Source: Eledone cirrhosa (taxonomy: Eukaryota). Taken from it: a DNA stretch of 64,000 nucleotides. The stretch covers positions 292,454,001-292,518,000 of the forward strand of contig OZ024742.1 in the NCBI GenBank assembly GCA_964016885.1, in the 5' to 3' direction. This document shows positions 25,690-38,346 of the stretch, one piece after another (positions within the stretch are counted from its first letter, which is position 1; each line of letters opens with the position of its first letter). The position numbers and the translations under genes are program-made. The notes beneath the pieces are model-generated. The model did not search any database and had not been told where the DNA came from. It was given only the letters and a program-made list of their open reading frames with translations.

Positions 25690-26340
25690 GATAGGGTGGG
25701 GTATTGAGAGATTATCAGAGAGATAGGGAGGGGTATTGAGAGTGTAGCAAAGCTAGAGAGAGTGACAGGTAGAGATATAAAGAGAGTGGGGGTGAATATA
25801 TAGGGATAGAGAGAGTGGGAGAAGAGCTTCCCCCCAGGTGAGATATAAAGAGATAGAGAGAGTGGGAGAGAGTGGGAAAGGATGGCAGGGAGAGATATAG
25901 AGAAATAAAGGAGTTTAAAGACTGTAAGAGGAGCAGTGTAAGAAGAGACAAAGAAAGAAAGAGTATGTGAGGGAGTGCTTGAGAGAAAGAGTTTATGAGA
26001 GAGTGATATATATAGAGAGAGAGTTGAGTTGAAAGAGAGGGAAGGACAGTGTAAGAGGAGAGAGGTTGTGTGAGAGGAGAGAGAGAGTGTGTGTGAGAGG
26101 AGAGAGAGAGAGAGTGTGTGTGTGAGCTGTGATAGAGAGTGTGTAAGAGGGAGAGAGAGTTATGAGGGAGAGAGGGTGTATGATGAATCTGTCTAACTGG
26201 AATTGTCATAGTGAATAGTGAATGATGGTAGAGAGGGGTAGAGAGAGACAGAGAGAGAAAGAAAGGGATGGGGAGAGAGTAGGTGAATGAATGTAAGGAG
26301 GGTGTAAGGCAAAGAGTTTGAGTGAGAGTGTGAGAGAGAA

Positions 26341-26380
<40 letters not shown>

Positions 26381-26772
26381 AGTGAGTGAGTGAGCGAATG
26401 AGTGAGGGAGTGTGTGTGTATGTGTGTGTGTATGTGTGTGTGTGTTTGAGTGAGGGAGTGAGGGTGTGTGTGTGTGTGTGAATGAGTGAGTGTGTGTGTG
26501 AGTGTGAGTGTGTGTGTATGCGTATGTGTGTGTATGCCTGTGTGTGTATGTGTGTGTGTATGTATGTGTGTGTGTGTGTGTATGTATGTGTGCGTATGTC
26601 CGTGTGTGTTTGTGTGTGTGTATGTATGTGTGTGTGTGAGAGTGTATGTGTGTGTGTGTGTGTGTCTGTGTGTGTTTGTGTGTGTGTGTGTGTGTGAGAG
26701 TGAGTGTGTGTATGTGTGTGTGTGTGTATATATATGTGTGTGAGTGTGTGAAGGTGTATGTGTGTGTGCGTG
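25690..26772. repeat. GA-rich then (GT)n low-complexity tract
   Basis: Direct reading; explains the 356-aa THTH/SLSL ORF. Confidence 0.9.
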
Positions 26773-26910
26773 TGGTATTTTTCACATTGTCTGATAAGAC
26801 AGAAGAGAGATCTAATGAAATTGTTATCTCTCTGTCACTTGATAACTGGAAATTGGAAATACTAACACCTTCCTTTTATTTCCATAATCTTATTTCTGAC
26901 AGACAAATGC

Positions 26911-26945
<35 letters not shown>

Positions 26946-28131
26946 TAAGCAAATACACACATACATACATACATACATACACACACACCGATACATACAT
27001 ACACACACACCGACACACACATACGTTCATACGTATATGAATATACACACCTGATGAGGGTCCATACAGACCTGATACATATATATGTACATATGCATAC
27101 AAACACATACAGACACATACAGACACACACAGATAGACACAAACATATACATTCATTCATATACACACAGAGACACACACACATGCATACATACATACAC
27201 ACACACCGATACACACATACATTCATACGTATATGAATATACACACCTGATGAGGGTCCATACAGACACATACAGACATGCATACACACACTGATAGACA
27301 CAAACATATACATTCATTCATATACACACAGAGACACACACACATGCATACACATACAGACACATACTGGCACACACATACATTCATTCATATATACACA
27401 CAGATACAAATATATATGTACATACATATACACACACACAGAGATATAATAAAATTTATTTTGAGTCAAATGGGCAATGATTATACAGCCATCTCTCATA
27501 ATCGTGCCCGGTGTATATAGCTGAATGCATAGTGATAATCAAGCTTAAACGGAACAGAATTAATTGGAATTCAGAAATAATCATGAGCTGCAAGCATGAG
27601 CTACAAGCATAAAAGCACCTGTTCTTGAACTTAAACCTTTCTTGAATAAAACCATGTAGAAAAAGGAAATATCAACTCTAGATTTATTCAACGACTCATC
27701 AAGCACCACCACCACCAGCCCACACACACTTGATAAGCATTAAACTGAAAAATGACCTCTAAATTAATGAGTCAACATTGTAGTAATTATAAGCAAAATA
27801 GGTTGGTAATGCATCCTTTATTACAATGAACCTATTTCTTGATTTCACCTCCTGACACTACTCACTCCTAAACTCACCACTCCAAACATGTTGTCCTCCT
27901 CCTTCAGTTTTACTGTACACAACTCCCTACCACCAGTGGCAGACTGGGTCTAAGAATATTGGTTGCCAGGAGATAAAGGGGGCCCACCTACATATAGAAT
28001 GCTATCATTTAATTTTTATAATGAATAAATAACATTTTCGAAAAATACATAAGTGGAAACAAAACACTGCAATCAATTTTTTTGCGGAAAAATATCTTAC
28101 CTTCTCCAATAAAAAATATTATGTATTTTGC

Positions 28132-28620
28132 GAAATCCAGAGACTTTCAGTAATGACCAAAAGTCGACCCTAAATATTACTAATAGCTCTAGGAAAGCCA
28201 TGAACAACACCACATCTTTTTAACTTTGATTTTGAAAGTAGGTTTATAATTATCAATTTTCATTACACTTTTGAAGCTGTCTCGGTGGCCTAGTTGGAGG
28301 AACCATAGACAGTGGTGATCCTGATCTGAAGTTCGATCCTGGTTGGGAGTAGGGTTCCCGGTAAACCTCTTCAGTTTTTTTCTATTGGTTGTAAAATAAA
28401 AACTGAAAAAGGTTACATGTTACAACAAGGTCAGAATCTCCACCATCTCTAGTACCTACCACTAGGCCACAGAGACAACTACAAAATACTTATGAAAATT
28501 CATATTTATAAACCTACTTTCAAAATTTTCAAAACAAAGTGTTGTGGTGTTGTTCATGTCTTTCTTAATGTTAGTACTCCTACTTAAGGTCGACTTTCAA
28601 TAATGACCTTTGGTCTTTCA
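28132..28620. mobile_element. Fold-back MITE-like element with long imperfect inverted arms and tRNA-like boxes
   Basis: AAAGTCGACC...CATGAACAACACCACA...TTTTGAAAGTAGGTTTATAA...GTGGCCTAG mirrored by CTAGGCCAC...TTATAAACCTACTTTCAAAA...TGTGGTGTTGTTCATG...GGTCGACTTT. Confidence 0.75.
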
Positions 28621-28666
28621 CACTCACTCAATATATATATATATATGTGTGTGTGTATATATATAT

Positions 28667-28910
28667 AAGCACCCAGCCCACACTGTAAAGTGGTCGTGTA
28701 GGCACCATGGGAAAAAAAGCACCCAGCACTCACTGTAAATGAGGTTGGTGTTAGGAAGGGCATCCAGCTGTAGAAATCAAGCCATAATCAATTCCCGTGT
28801 GAGCAAGACAAGGTCAGTCGACCGGGCACTGCCCACAACAGGACAACCCGTCCAACCCATGCTAGCATGAAAGAATGAACATAAAACGCTGATGATGATG
28901 ATGATGATAA
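28667..28910 (+). mobile_element. RTE 3' UTR (subfamily B) solo copy
   Basis: Reverse complement of 45010-45255. Confidence 0.8.
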
Positions 28911-28954
28911 TATATGCATATTTACCCAATTTATTCAAATATATATATATATAT

Positions 28955-29146
28955 ATAATTGTTTCTACGTTAGGCACAAGGCCAGCAATTACCCAGTGCA
29001 TTACTGGTACTTTATTTTATCGACCCCGTAAGGATGAAAGGCAAAGTTAACCTTGGCGGGATTTGAACTCAGAATGGCAAGGGCCGTAACTTTATACATC
29101 AAAGCATGGTGTCCGACCCTCTACCAATACTGCCAATCCACCGCCC
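28955..29146 (-). mobile_element. tRNA-derived SINE (Nin-domain-like)
   Basis: Revcomp of 60128-60315: GGATTGGCAG...GAGTTCAAATCCCGCC...CTTTCATCCTTACGGGGTCGATAAAATAAAGTACCAG. Confidence 0.8.
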
Positions 29147-29607
29147 TATATATATATATAATGGGTATAAATCGAAGTTGTAGCCACAGTATAGCAGATA
29201 CCATTTGAATTGTTTGAGGCAGTCTCAAAGCACTCAATGATGCAAAAAGTTAATACATTTTCGTCCAGAGTAAAATCAAAGTTAAGAAAGCGTGACACCA
29301 TGAATAAAACAACTAAGTGGCTATAGTTGATACCCGCAAAAAAGATAAATACAAACAGATAGGAGACTAACCTGGACCATCTCAAATAGATAAGAATCAA
29401 TAGAAATCGATAAAAATCTTCGATAGGTTTCTGGGACTCTGGGAAGGTGCATCATGAGTTGCACAATGCATATGCAAGTCGTAAGTGCACCTGGTTATTG
29501 TTTGCTCTCATTCGTTATTTTTCTCTGTTTTCTCTTTGCAGCCTGGAAAGAGAAAAAAAGGCAGGAAAATAGCCAAGAAGAGCAAAGATAGATTGGAAGA
29601 GAGGTGG

Positions 29608-29609
<2 letters not shown>

Positions 29610-29639
<30 letters not shown>

Positions 29640-29890
29640 AAGAAGAAGAAGAAGAAGAAGAAGAAGAAAGATGAGGAGGAGGGTAGGGGCGGAGGGGGCG
29701 GGGCGGGACGAGGAGGGAAGAGAGGGAGGAGGAGGAGGATGAGAAGGAGGAGGAGCAGGCAGAGGAGGAGGAAGAGGAGGAGGAAGAGGAGGAAGAGGAG
29801 GAGGAGGAGGAGGAGCAGGAGGAGCAGGAGCAGGCAGAGGAGGAGGAAGAGGGACGGTAAAGAAAAAAAAGAAGAAGAAGAAGAAGAAGA
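29610..29890. repeat. (GAA)n/(GAG)n polypurine tract
   Basis: Direct reading. Confidence 0.9.
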
Positions 29891-30271
29891 TAAAGAGAAT
29901 GGGTGCATGCACTAAATGTCAAAGAGATCAGTTACCAAACCATTAGAGAATATTTCTTCTTTAGTAAATAATTCTTACTTTTGTAAATGGAGAGCAGTTC
30001 TAGTGCCATTGTTTGTCCAGTAGAGTCTTGACAGTAATGGTCAGTGGGCTGTCAAGACATTCTATTTGGACAACTGGGGTCCTTTAATTATTCTTCAGTC
30101 AGCTAGCCTTGATAAAAACCCGGATCATTTTTTGTAAACTTCTGTGACATTATTATGTAAACTTAGTGTAAAAACATTGTCTCAGTTTACAATTGTCTAA
30201 TAAATATTTACTTACAGGGTTATGGATTGGTACAGAGAGAGAGGTAAATAGATAGTTTTATAGATAGATAT

Positions 30272-30667
30272 ATTTCTTTATTAGCCACAGGGGCACAAAA
30301 GAAGGGGACAAATACAAAGGGGGAAGTTTACATACAATAAAAACGTGTAAAATGTTATCACAGATGGAATTTAAAAGTTAGTCGATTTTCCCCAATAGAG
30401 GGAGACAGTTTATATGGGTAACACATACCCCCGAAAAAAATGTGCAACCCTCATCTCCAGGAGTACAAAGAGCTTGTACTCCCTTCCTCTCCTCCTCCTT
30501 TTCCTCAATCTACAGGCTGATATAGAGAGAAGGCCCATTCACTCGGGCCATTCTCGCCACTTTCACCCACCTTTCATAAAACTTGCTGGGGTACAGCACC
30601 TCTCTCTCCATCCTGATTCTTCTTCCAAAGTGGTATTTGAAAAAAAGAATCAGTTGTTGGCCGGAAT
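30272..30667 (-). mobile_element. L1/Tx1-type LINE 3' end fragment
   Basis: Homologous to 51400-51800 (PSKF..RW...A, then T-rich 3' UTR). Confidence 0.65.
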
Positions 30668-31364
30668 AGATAGATAGATAGATAGATAGAAAGGTTGGTA
30701 GTTAGGTATGGGAAGGGGTAGCTATGTAAGTAGGTAAATAGATAGATGGATAGAAGGACAGACAGACAGACAAATAAATAGAGAGGAAGAGAAATAGATA
30801 GACAGACAGACAGATTGAAAGATAATAGAGAGAAAGACAGACAGACTGATAAATAGACAGGCGTAGATTGATAAAGCTAGAGAGAGAGGGGAGAGCGATA
30901 GGGGATGGTTGTAGGTGCTTAAACTGTGAGATGAAAATCAAGAAGAATTAGAATCTATAATCTGCTGAAGTCTTTGAATAATGAAGCAGCTTATCTTTGT
31001 TGATAATTCTCTTTCATGCTGAAGACATGGTGCCATGGTAACATGGTAACATGGCTTACCACTTCCTTGGAGAGATTTAGTAAAATAACTAAACTCTCTC
31101 ATTATTAAGCTGGTGTTTGGAACAAAGCTTAACAAAGGTTCTTACATAAAAGTATGCTGGAATGTTTTTAGACAAATACAAACACTTTAAAACATTTTTT
31201 TGTATCATAGAACCAGAGGCAGGTTTATGTAGTTTGGTATCAAATGGGTTCAGATCATTAGGGGGAATTATGAAAACTAGTTAAATCTTGACTGTTTATA
31301 TGTTTATAATGAGACAAAGGTGAGTGAGCTGGATTTTAGTTTAGCAAATAATGCAACTGTTTAA

Positions 31365-31712
31365 CCCTTTCATGACTGCATTTCTAATGAATTTTATGTA
31401 AGAACTGTACATTAAGTTACTATCTTACTAATGAAATAATTAGTAATTTTAGTAAATCTCTCGAAATTATTCATTAATGAATTAAAATAGTGTATTTAAT
31501 TAGAACTAGTTAAATACACTCTATTTTAATTAATTAATGAAGAATTTCAAGCGATTTACTAAAATTACTAATTATTTCATTAGTAAGATAGTAACTTAAT
31601 CTATGGTTCTTATATAAAATTATGTTGGAAGATTTAAATAGGAAACCTTTAAAATGGGTTGTTTTGTTTCATAGAACCAGAGCCAGTTTTGACTGGGTAG
31701 CTAACTGAAGGG
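31365..31712. mobile_element. piggyBac-like MITE with a large internal palindrome
   Basis: TTAA|CCCTT...AAGGG|TTAA; internal inverted arms about 31411-31498 / 31511-31600. Confidence 0.75.
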
Positions 31713-32004
31713 TTAAAAGATGCTTAATTTTGATATTGTCTAACTCTTAACCATTACCAGCATAATAATAAATACTACTTCATTACAAGGTTAAAGCATA
31801 GACACAGCATGGCCGAATGGTTAGTAAGTTTGCTTTATAATGATGGGGCTAGAGTTCTGTCCAAATGTGTTGACTTTTACTAGAAAACTGAGTCAACTGA
31901 AGCCTTGTGAGTGAAACTGGGGTGTCAAACTGTTTGTCAGTCCATAGAATAAACAGTACATGTAATTCAAATGGCCAGCCTTATTACACTGTATGTCATG
32001 TTGA

Positions 32005-32472
32005 ATCATCATCATCATCATCATCATCATCGTCATTTTTACATTTATTTTTTCCACACTGGCATGGGTTGGATGGGTCCTTCTCAGCATGGCATCTCTT
32101 GACATGTTGCAATCCTTTGTCATCTCCTCTGTGAGTCTCAGTGATTTGAGGTCAGCTCTCACAACCTCTGCTCGGGTCTTTCTTAGTCTACCTCTACTGC
32201 AGCTTCCTTTCACTAACATTCCCTGGCACTTCTTCACCCCCACGATCATTGTCCATGTGTGTCATATGTCCAAACCAATGCAGTCTTCTCTCCTACACAC
32301 CACCTCAGATTCCTCTTAAACCCAGCTTCTCCTTCAACTTGTCCAAGCTCTGGGTTTACAATGCACATCCAACAGGGCATATTTGCTTCATTTCTCTCCA
32401 GTCTATACACATCCTCCACAGTCACAGCCCATGTTTCACTACCATGCAGCATCACACTTCTCACACAGGTGC
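32005..32472 (-). mobile_element. RTE LINE 3' end, short-3'UTR lineage
   Basis: MLHGSETW...RLERNE...; terminal CCATGCCAGTGTGG then (TGA)n. Confidence 0.8.
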
Positions 32473-32781
32473 CATACTAATAATTACATTAAGGGTACAC
32501 ATGTCTGTAGAAAACTCAGTCACTTACATTATGATAAAAGATGGACTACACCCGTAATTCAAATAATCAGTCTTGTCACATAATTTATCATGCTGAATCT
32601 CCCTGAGAACTATATGAAGGGTGTTAGTGAAATATTCAACCACTTTCACATTAATTTAACATATAAGCTGTTCCGTCAACCAAACAGCTGCAACATTTAC
32701 AACTGAAACTGATGGAGGTTCATTTAGTTAATGAGATTAGAGATGATCAGATCTAATTAAAGATGAAATATTAAATAATTA

Positions 32782-33141
32782 TTCTTGGGTCTCAAATAAC
32801 TGTCGTCATCCCCGCTTATTAATTTTCCAGATTTTTTCCACACACACCCCCACCCTTATCAAATTTTGCTAATTGATCTCCAGCAAAATTTTATTTTAAG
32901 TGGTAGCATTCCTGTGATAATTAATTTTCTTTAGACATTAAAAAATATTATACATGATAAAAAAGTACATTGCTAGAAATCTCATACATTATAAAATATA
33001 TAGGATGGGGGTCTCAATCTGTAAACTAAACAACTAATTTTGGTTTTTAAAAACAATGAATAGTGACAACCTAGAAAAATTTTTCTAAACCCTTTGCTTA
33101 TTCCAACCCCCCCCCCCCTCCTATTATTTGGGACGCAGGAG
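32782..33141. mobile_element. TA-TSD MITE (Tc1/mariner-pogo type, non-autonomous)
   Basis: TA|TTCTTGGGTCTCAAATAA ... TTATTTGGGACGCAGGAG|TA; second copy at 9369-9765. Confidence 0.72.
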
Positions 33142-34716
33142 TATGCTTCATTTCTTATTCTTCAAAGTTTGTTTCCAATAAAATAAGAATTAGTAAACTG
33201 ATGAGAAGGCAGTAAATTGGCAGAGTCATTAGAACATCAGATAATATACTTTGCTGTATTCGTTTCAGCTCTCTGCTCTCTGAGTTCAAATCCCACCAAG
33301 GTCAACTTTACCTTTCATCCATTCGAGGTTGATAAAAAAAAGTACTAGTCTAGTACTCCTTAAAGGTCAGAAATCAGTGGCTAGAAGTGAGTTGGCCAGC
33401 AAAAGTAATAAAAAGAAAGAAAGAAAGGAAGAAAATGAACAAGACAAGATCACACACATCTTTTAACCTCTTCAGCTGTCAGACCAGCTGGGGTTTTGCA
33501 CAATTTAAATTGAGAGGACCGCATAAAATTACAGGCATGTGCAACAGAAAAATAAATATTTCTATTGGTATGATGTGTGCACCAATCTGTCTGACTCATT
33601 AAATTAATGTTTAAGTGGCAAAGTGTTCAACAGACGCATGTACTCTCAACATAATTCTTAAGCTGTATCATGATATGTGACATTACAACTTGTATTATAA
33701 TATTAGTGTTTTAGAATTTCACATACATATATAATTTTCAGGGAGATTCATCATGACACAGTGTGAGGAAAGTCTAGCACTTTGAATTAAAGGCACCATC
33801 TATTTTGTATCAGTGTAAGTGGCTGGGTATTCCACAAAAATATCTATAATTAGCATAATTCTCAGGGAGATTCAATGTAACATAAGATGCAAAAAGCTGG
33901 ATAAATCTTTAAATTACAAGTTCAGTCCATCTGACAGACTTCCAAACAGTTTCTATCTGCCAACTTTCATTCACAAGGCTTGGATTGACCCAAGGCTATA
34001 GTAAAGATGCCATTCTCTCAGCACCTTATGTTTATGAAGCAAACTTCTTAACCAATTAGCTTTGCATATGTCTACATCTATTATAAAAACTAAGTGTATT
34101 ACTATGATATTGAGTCAATATCAGTGTTGGAGGAGTGGGGAATGGGAATAGTGATCTCAAGACAGAGACAAAGACCTGACTGAAAATGACAAATATTGTC
34201 TGGAGAATTGTTTATTGGCTCTAGTCAACATGTTGAAGGATGGTCAATAGGTCTATGATGATGATGATGATGATAATGATGGTAGTAATGGTGGTGATGA
34301 TGATGATGATGGTAGTGGTGGTGGTGATGGGGATGGTGGTGGTGGTGGACATGATGATGATGATGATGATGATAATGACAATGATAATAACAATGATGAT
34401 GACAATGATAACGATGATGATGATGAAAATGATGATGATGATATAGATGTACAGCTATCATCCCATGTTTGTTCTCTGAATCTTTTATAGATTCCCCTTT
34501 CTGTTTAACTGCAAAGGATTTAACCATCAAATAGGCTACATTAACCCACTAAAATACACAATAATTAGATTGATACTTCAATATTATCTAGTGGAACCAT
34601 AATAAAAGATCTTTTACTCTATAAATTCCGATTTTCATTTTTTCTGGCAAAATGACAAACTCTGAAATGACCACAACTGCAAAAATTCTGTTACATTGCA
34701 ACAACAAGCATTTTAA

Positions 34717-34937
34717 CCCTTTAGCATTTACATTACTCTATATTTACTATTGTATTTTCACAGAAAAAGCTTTTTCTCATATAATTATCTCCCACAATGT
34801 CGAAGCTATGGGATTTTGATATTATTTATTTTAAGAACAATACCTTAACATCAGTATGAGTGGCCAGTTACGACCAGCTTGAACAGAAAGAGGTGAGAGA
34901 ATTCTGACCGGATATGGCCGGTTTAAATGCTAAAGGG
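34717..34937. mobile_element. piggyBac-like MITE, about 220 bp
   Basis: Perfect 14-bp TIR CCCTTTAGCATTTA; flanks TTAA / CTAA; second copy at 48948-49168. Confidence 0.85.
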
Positions 34938-35786
34938 CTAAGGCATATCTTCCCTACTAAAGCAAGGGTTAGCAAAGTGGGCCTTATGACATTTTCCATA
35001 TTGTCTGCATCTCCCTCTCACAAACTTCCTGACCTTCATTCTACAGTTCGTTGGCTTTAGTCATGTCTTTCTTAGTTTCCCCTTTCTCTACTTCCTTCAA
35101 CATGCATTTCAATCACTCTTCTCACCCACTCACTTTTATCTTTTCTCATTTACATATAGTATATCATATTTATTTCCAACTGTTGAATAAAGCCCATGTT
35201 CTGAGCAAATAAATATTGAAATCAAGTGATACTCTTTGATGAATAACTGTAGAAAGCAAGAATTAATACATAAACTAATTCTAAAATGGAAATATATTAC
35301 AGTGTGGTACCATAAAATTGATTTACCAAACACACAGGACTGACTAAGAAGTCAAGCATCAACACTTCATTTAAATAAATGATATGCATATATTTCATAC
35401 ACAGAAAGTTTCTCCTTGAAGAAACACACAAACACACATACAGACGTAATGTTTCAATCAATTTCATTCATAGATGTATACATATCACATTCACACATTT
35501 CTAATACATATTAATGTGGGGATAAGCCTCTGAGAGTTTAGGCTACACAAAACACACACAAACTAGACATAAAAGAAGGTTTGGGTACCCAGGCATACAT
35601 AATGAACATGATATGCATAATTAAGTATACATGTCTTACATATATACAGATGTACATGATCTAACAAGTTGGCTATATAAACATATATAGAAATATATGT
35701 GTGCATAAGTTATTTATAAATCCTCCTCCTCCTCCTCATCATCATCATCATCATCCTCATCCTCCTCCTCCCTCCTCTCTCTCTCC

Positions 35787-35853
<67 letters not shown>

Positions 35854-36012
35854 CAATATCGGAGATCGCTTTTTAGCGATACTCCGGCCAAATTCCAACT
35901 CACTCAACAAACATTAGGAAATAAGTGATTATATTCCCAATTATGTGTTCGGGGTGCTAACTAAAAGTATTGGTTGTATTATTTCAAATGAGACATATCT
36001 AATATATCTCTT

Positions 36013-36139
36013 CCCAGACGGACGTCTCGTTTCATTATAGGACTCCTACAGTTTGAGTGAAATTATACCAATTTATGTAGGAGCTTGTATACCATCAATA
36101 GATATATATTCAAGTGGGCTCCTATAATTCATCAGTGGG
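36013..36139 (-). ncRNA. Type I hammerhead ribozyme with a 95-nt branched stem II
   Basis: Revcomp: CCCA-CTGATGA-ATTATAGGA[...]TCCTATAAT-GAAA-CG(agacgtc)CG-TC^TGGG; inner helices CTTG/CAAG and CTCCTACA/TGTAGGAG. Confidence 0.78.
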
Positions 36140-36564
36140 TGCCCCAATAACACTAATATTGATAATCTAACCAACATCAGCATTTAGCGTTAATCACTTT
36201 CTGTGCCTGAGGTATCTGTCAGGTAGCCAGTCCAGCAGTTCTGAAAGAAGTGCTCGAACTGATTCAAAAAATGAGGAAGTGAATTACCGCCAAAAAAAAA
36301 CAATACATGCGCGTGACAATGAACTCTGAAAGGAATTCAGGCCACGTGCTAAGAACTCAATTGGAAATTGAAAAAATATCTGTGTGTACAACATTTGATG
36401 ACACACACAGATATTTTCTCGGGCAAAATAACAGAATGAGATATAAGGAACAATCAATATTCATATATAAAAAATAAACAAAGAAATGCTAACCTTATAC
36501 CGGGAATTTTTTTCAAATCGGCTGCGCCAAGAGTAAGTAAATAATAAACAACATAAGATAATTA

Positions 36565-36625
36565 TTTCATTTACCAGTGGTTTCTTGAAAGCAAACAAAA
36601 TTTGCTTTCAGTCATCAGAATGAAA
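36565..36625 (-). ncRNA. Type I hammerhead ribozyme (family 3), downstream pLTR
   Basis: Revcomp TTTCATT-CTGATGA-cTGAAAGCAAA(ttttg)TTTGCTTTCAa-GAAA-CC(act)GG-TA^AATGAAA; C.A mismatch at the base of stem II. Confidence 0.75.
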
Positions 36626-36777
36626 AAATCCTGCTGTATTTATTGACAGTGGATTTTAAAAACAAAAATATAATCTATATGAAAGTGAGGCTGGAAAAGG
36701 AAGAAGGAAAGGAAAAAGAATAAATATAAACGTAGATAAACACACACACACATATATACATACACACATATATACAT

Positions 36778-37305
36778 ATCATCATCATCATCATCATCAT
36801 CGTTTAACGTCCATTTTCCACGCTAGCATGGGTCTGGACGGTAATTGTCCCACTTGAGGCAAGATTGGTTGTCTTGCTCGTATAGGACTGTCTGGCGGAT
36901 TTTCTACGGCTGGATGCCCTTCCTAACACCAACCACGTTTACAGGGTGGACTGGGAGGTTTTTACCGTGTTACCTACACGGCCACATTACAGCGTGGACT
37001 GTGTGTTTTATTGTCGTGACACCTAGACGTCTGGCGGGTTTTCTACGGCTGGATGCCCTTCCTAACACCAACAACGTTTACAGTGTGGACTGGGAGGTTT
37101 TTACCGTGTTGCCTACATGGCCACATTACAGCGTGGACTGCGTGTTTTTTTTTCGTGCACCTACACGACCTCATTTATTTAGGACTGGATGTTGTGGTAC
37201 CAACATAGCTTTACATCGAAAGGGGTGGTGTAGATGGCGGTGAGGGTAGGGATAGTGGGACGGCAGTGTATTTTGGTTAAGGTGCCTACTGACTGTAGGT
37301 TTCGC
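36778..37305 (-). mobile_element. RTE 3' UTR with an internal duplication of about 140 bp, inserted in the downstream pLTR
   Basis: 36890-37025 repeated at 37029-37165; absent from the upstream pLTR copy. Confidence 0.8.
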
Positions 37306-37792
37306 TTTATATATATATATATATATATACATACACACATATATACACATACACATATATATATATATACATACATATATATATACATATCCATATATAC
37401 ACATACACACAAATACACAAACACACACACATGTATATATATATATATATTTACACACATATATACATATATATATATATACACACACACATACATATAT
37501 ATATATATACATATACATATATATATATATATATAAGAAAATACATAAATATTATATATATATAAAAATAAAAAAGTGGAAGGGGTAAACAAATAGTTGG
37601 GAATACGACAAATAATAAATAATTAATAAATAAATAGATAAAGGTATAAATGTTTATAGCTGATTTAGAGCACTCAACAATGTTCCTGGAGCAAATAATC
37701 AATGAAAATAAATATCAAATCACTCTGTATGTAATTATGCAGATACATACACATATATATATATACACACACACAACCATACAAATACACAC

Positions 37793-37827
<35 letters not shown>

Positions 37828-37831
<4 letters not shown>

Positions 37832-37879
37832 AAAAAGTATGACGCTGACGGCAGAGCTCAAGCCGTTTCGACGGCTATT
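37828..37879 (-). mobile_element. 52-bp hammerhead-half mini-element in (TA)n
   Basis: Revcomp AATAGCCGTC-GAAA-CGGC(ttgagctct)GCCG-TC-AGCGTCATACTTTTTCCTA. Confidence 0.7.
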
Positions 37880-38346
37880 ATATATATATATATATAAATA
37901 TATACATATATATAAAAATACACATATACACACACACATATATACAAAAAGTTACGTCACCACCTTAATAAAAACACACACACACATATATATATATACA
38001 CACATACATATACATACAGATATATATAATTATATACACACATACATATACATACAGATATATATAATTATATACACATATATATACATATATATATATA
38101 TACATATATACACATATACACAACACATACATACACACAGAAATAAATATCTATAAATAAAAATGGTGGGTTTGTAAAGGGTAAGGTAGAAAGTAGGGGG
38201 AATAAGGAAAATAAATAACATAGGAAAAAGTTTAAATATAAGGGGAGATAAGGGAGAAAAAGAATATAAGAGTAGTGAATGTAAGGCGTAGAGAGCAGAG
38301 AAGAAGTTCAAGGTGGTTGAGTCATCGTAGGAATGTCAATCCAGTT

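Noticed and set aside
27048-27090. Hammerhead-like CTGATGA-GGGTC(cataca)GACCT-GATA-CATATATATG-TA (partial repeat at about 27247)
   Set aside because: GAAA is mutated to GATA and no stem I pairing is visible; at most a dead relic
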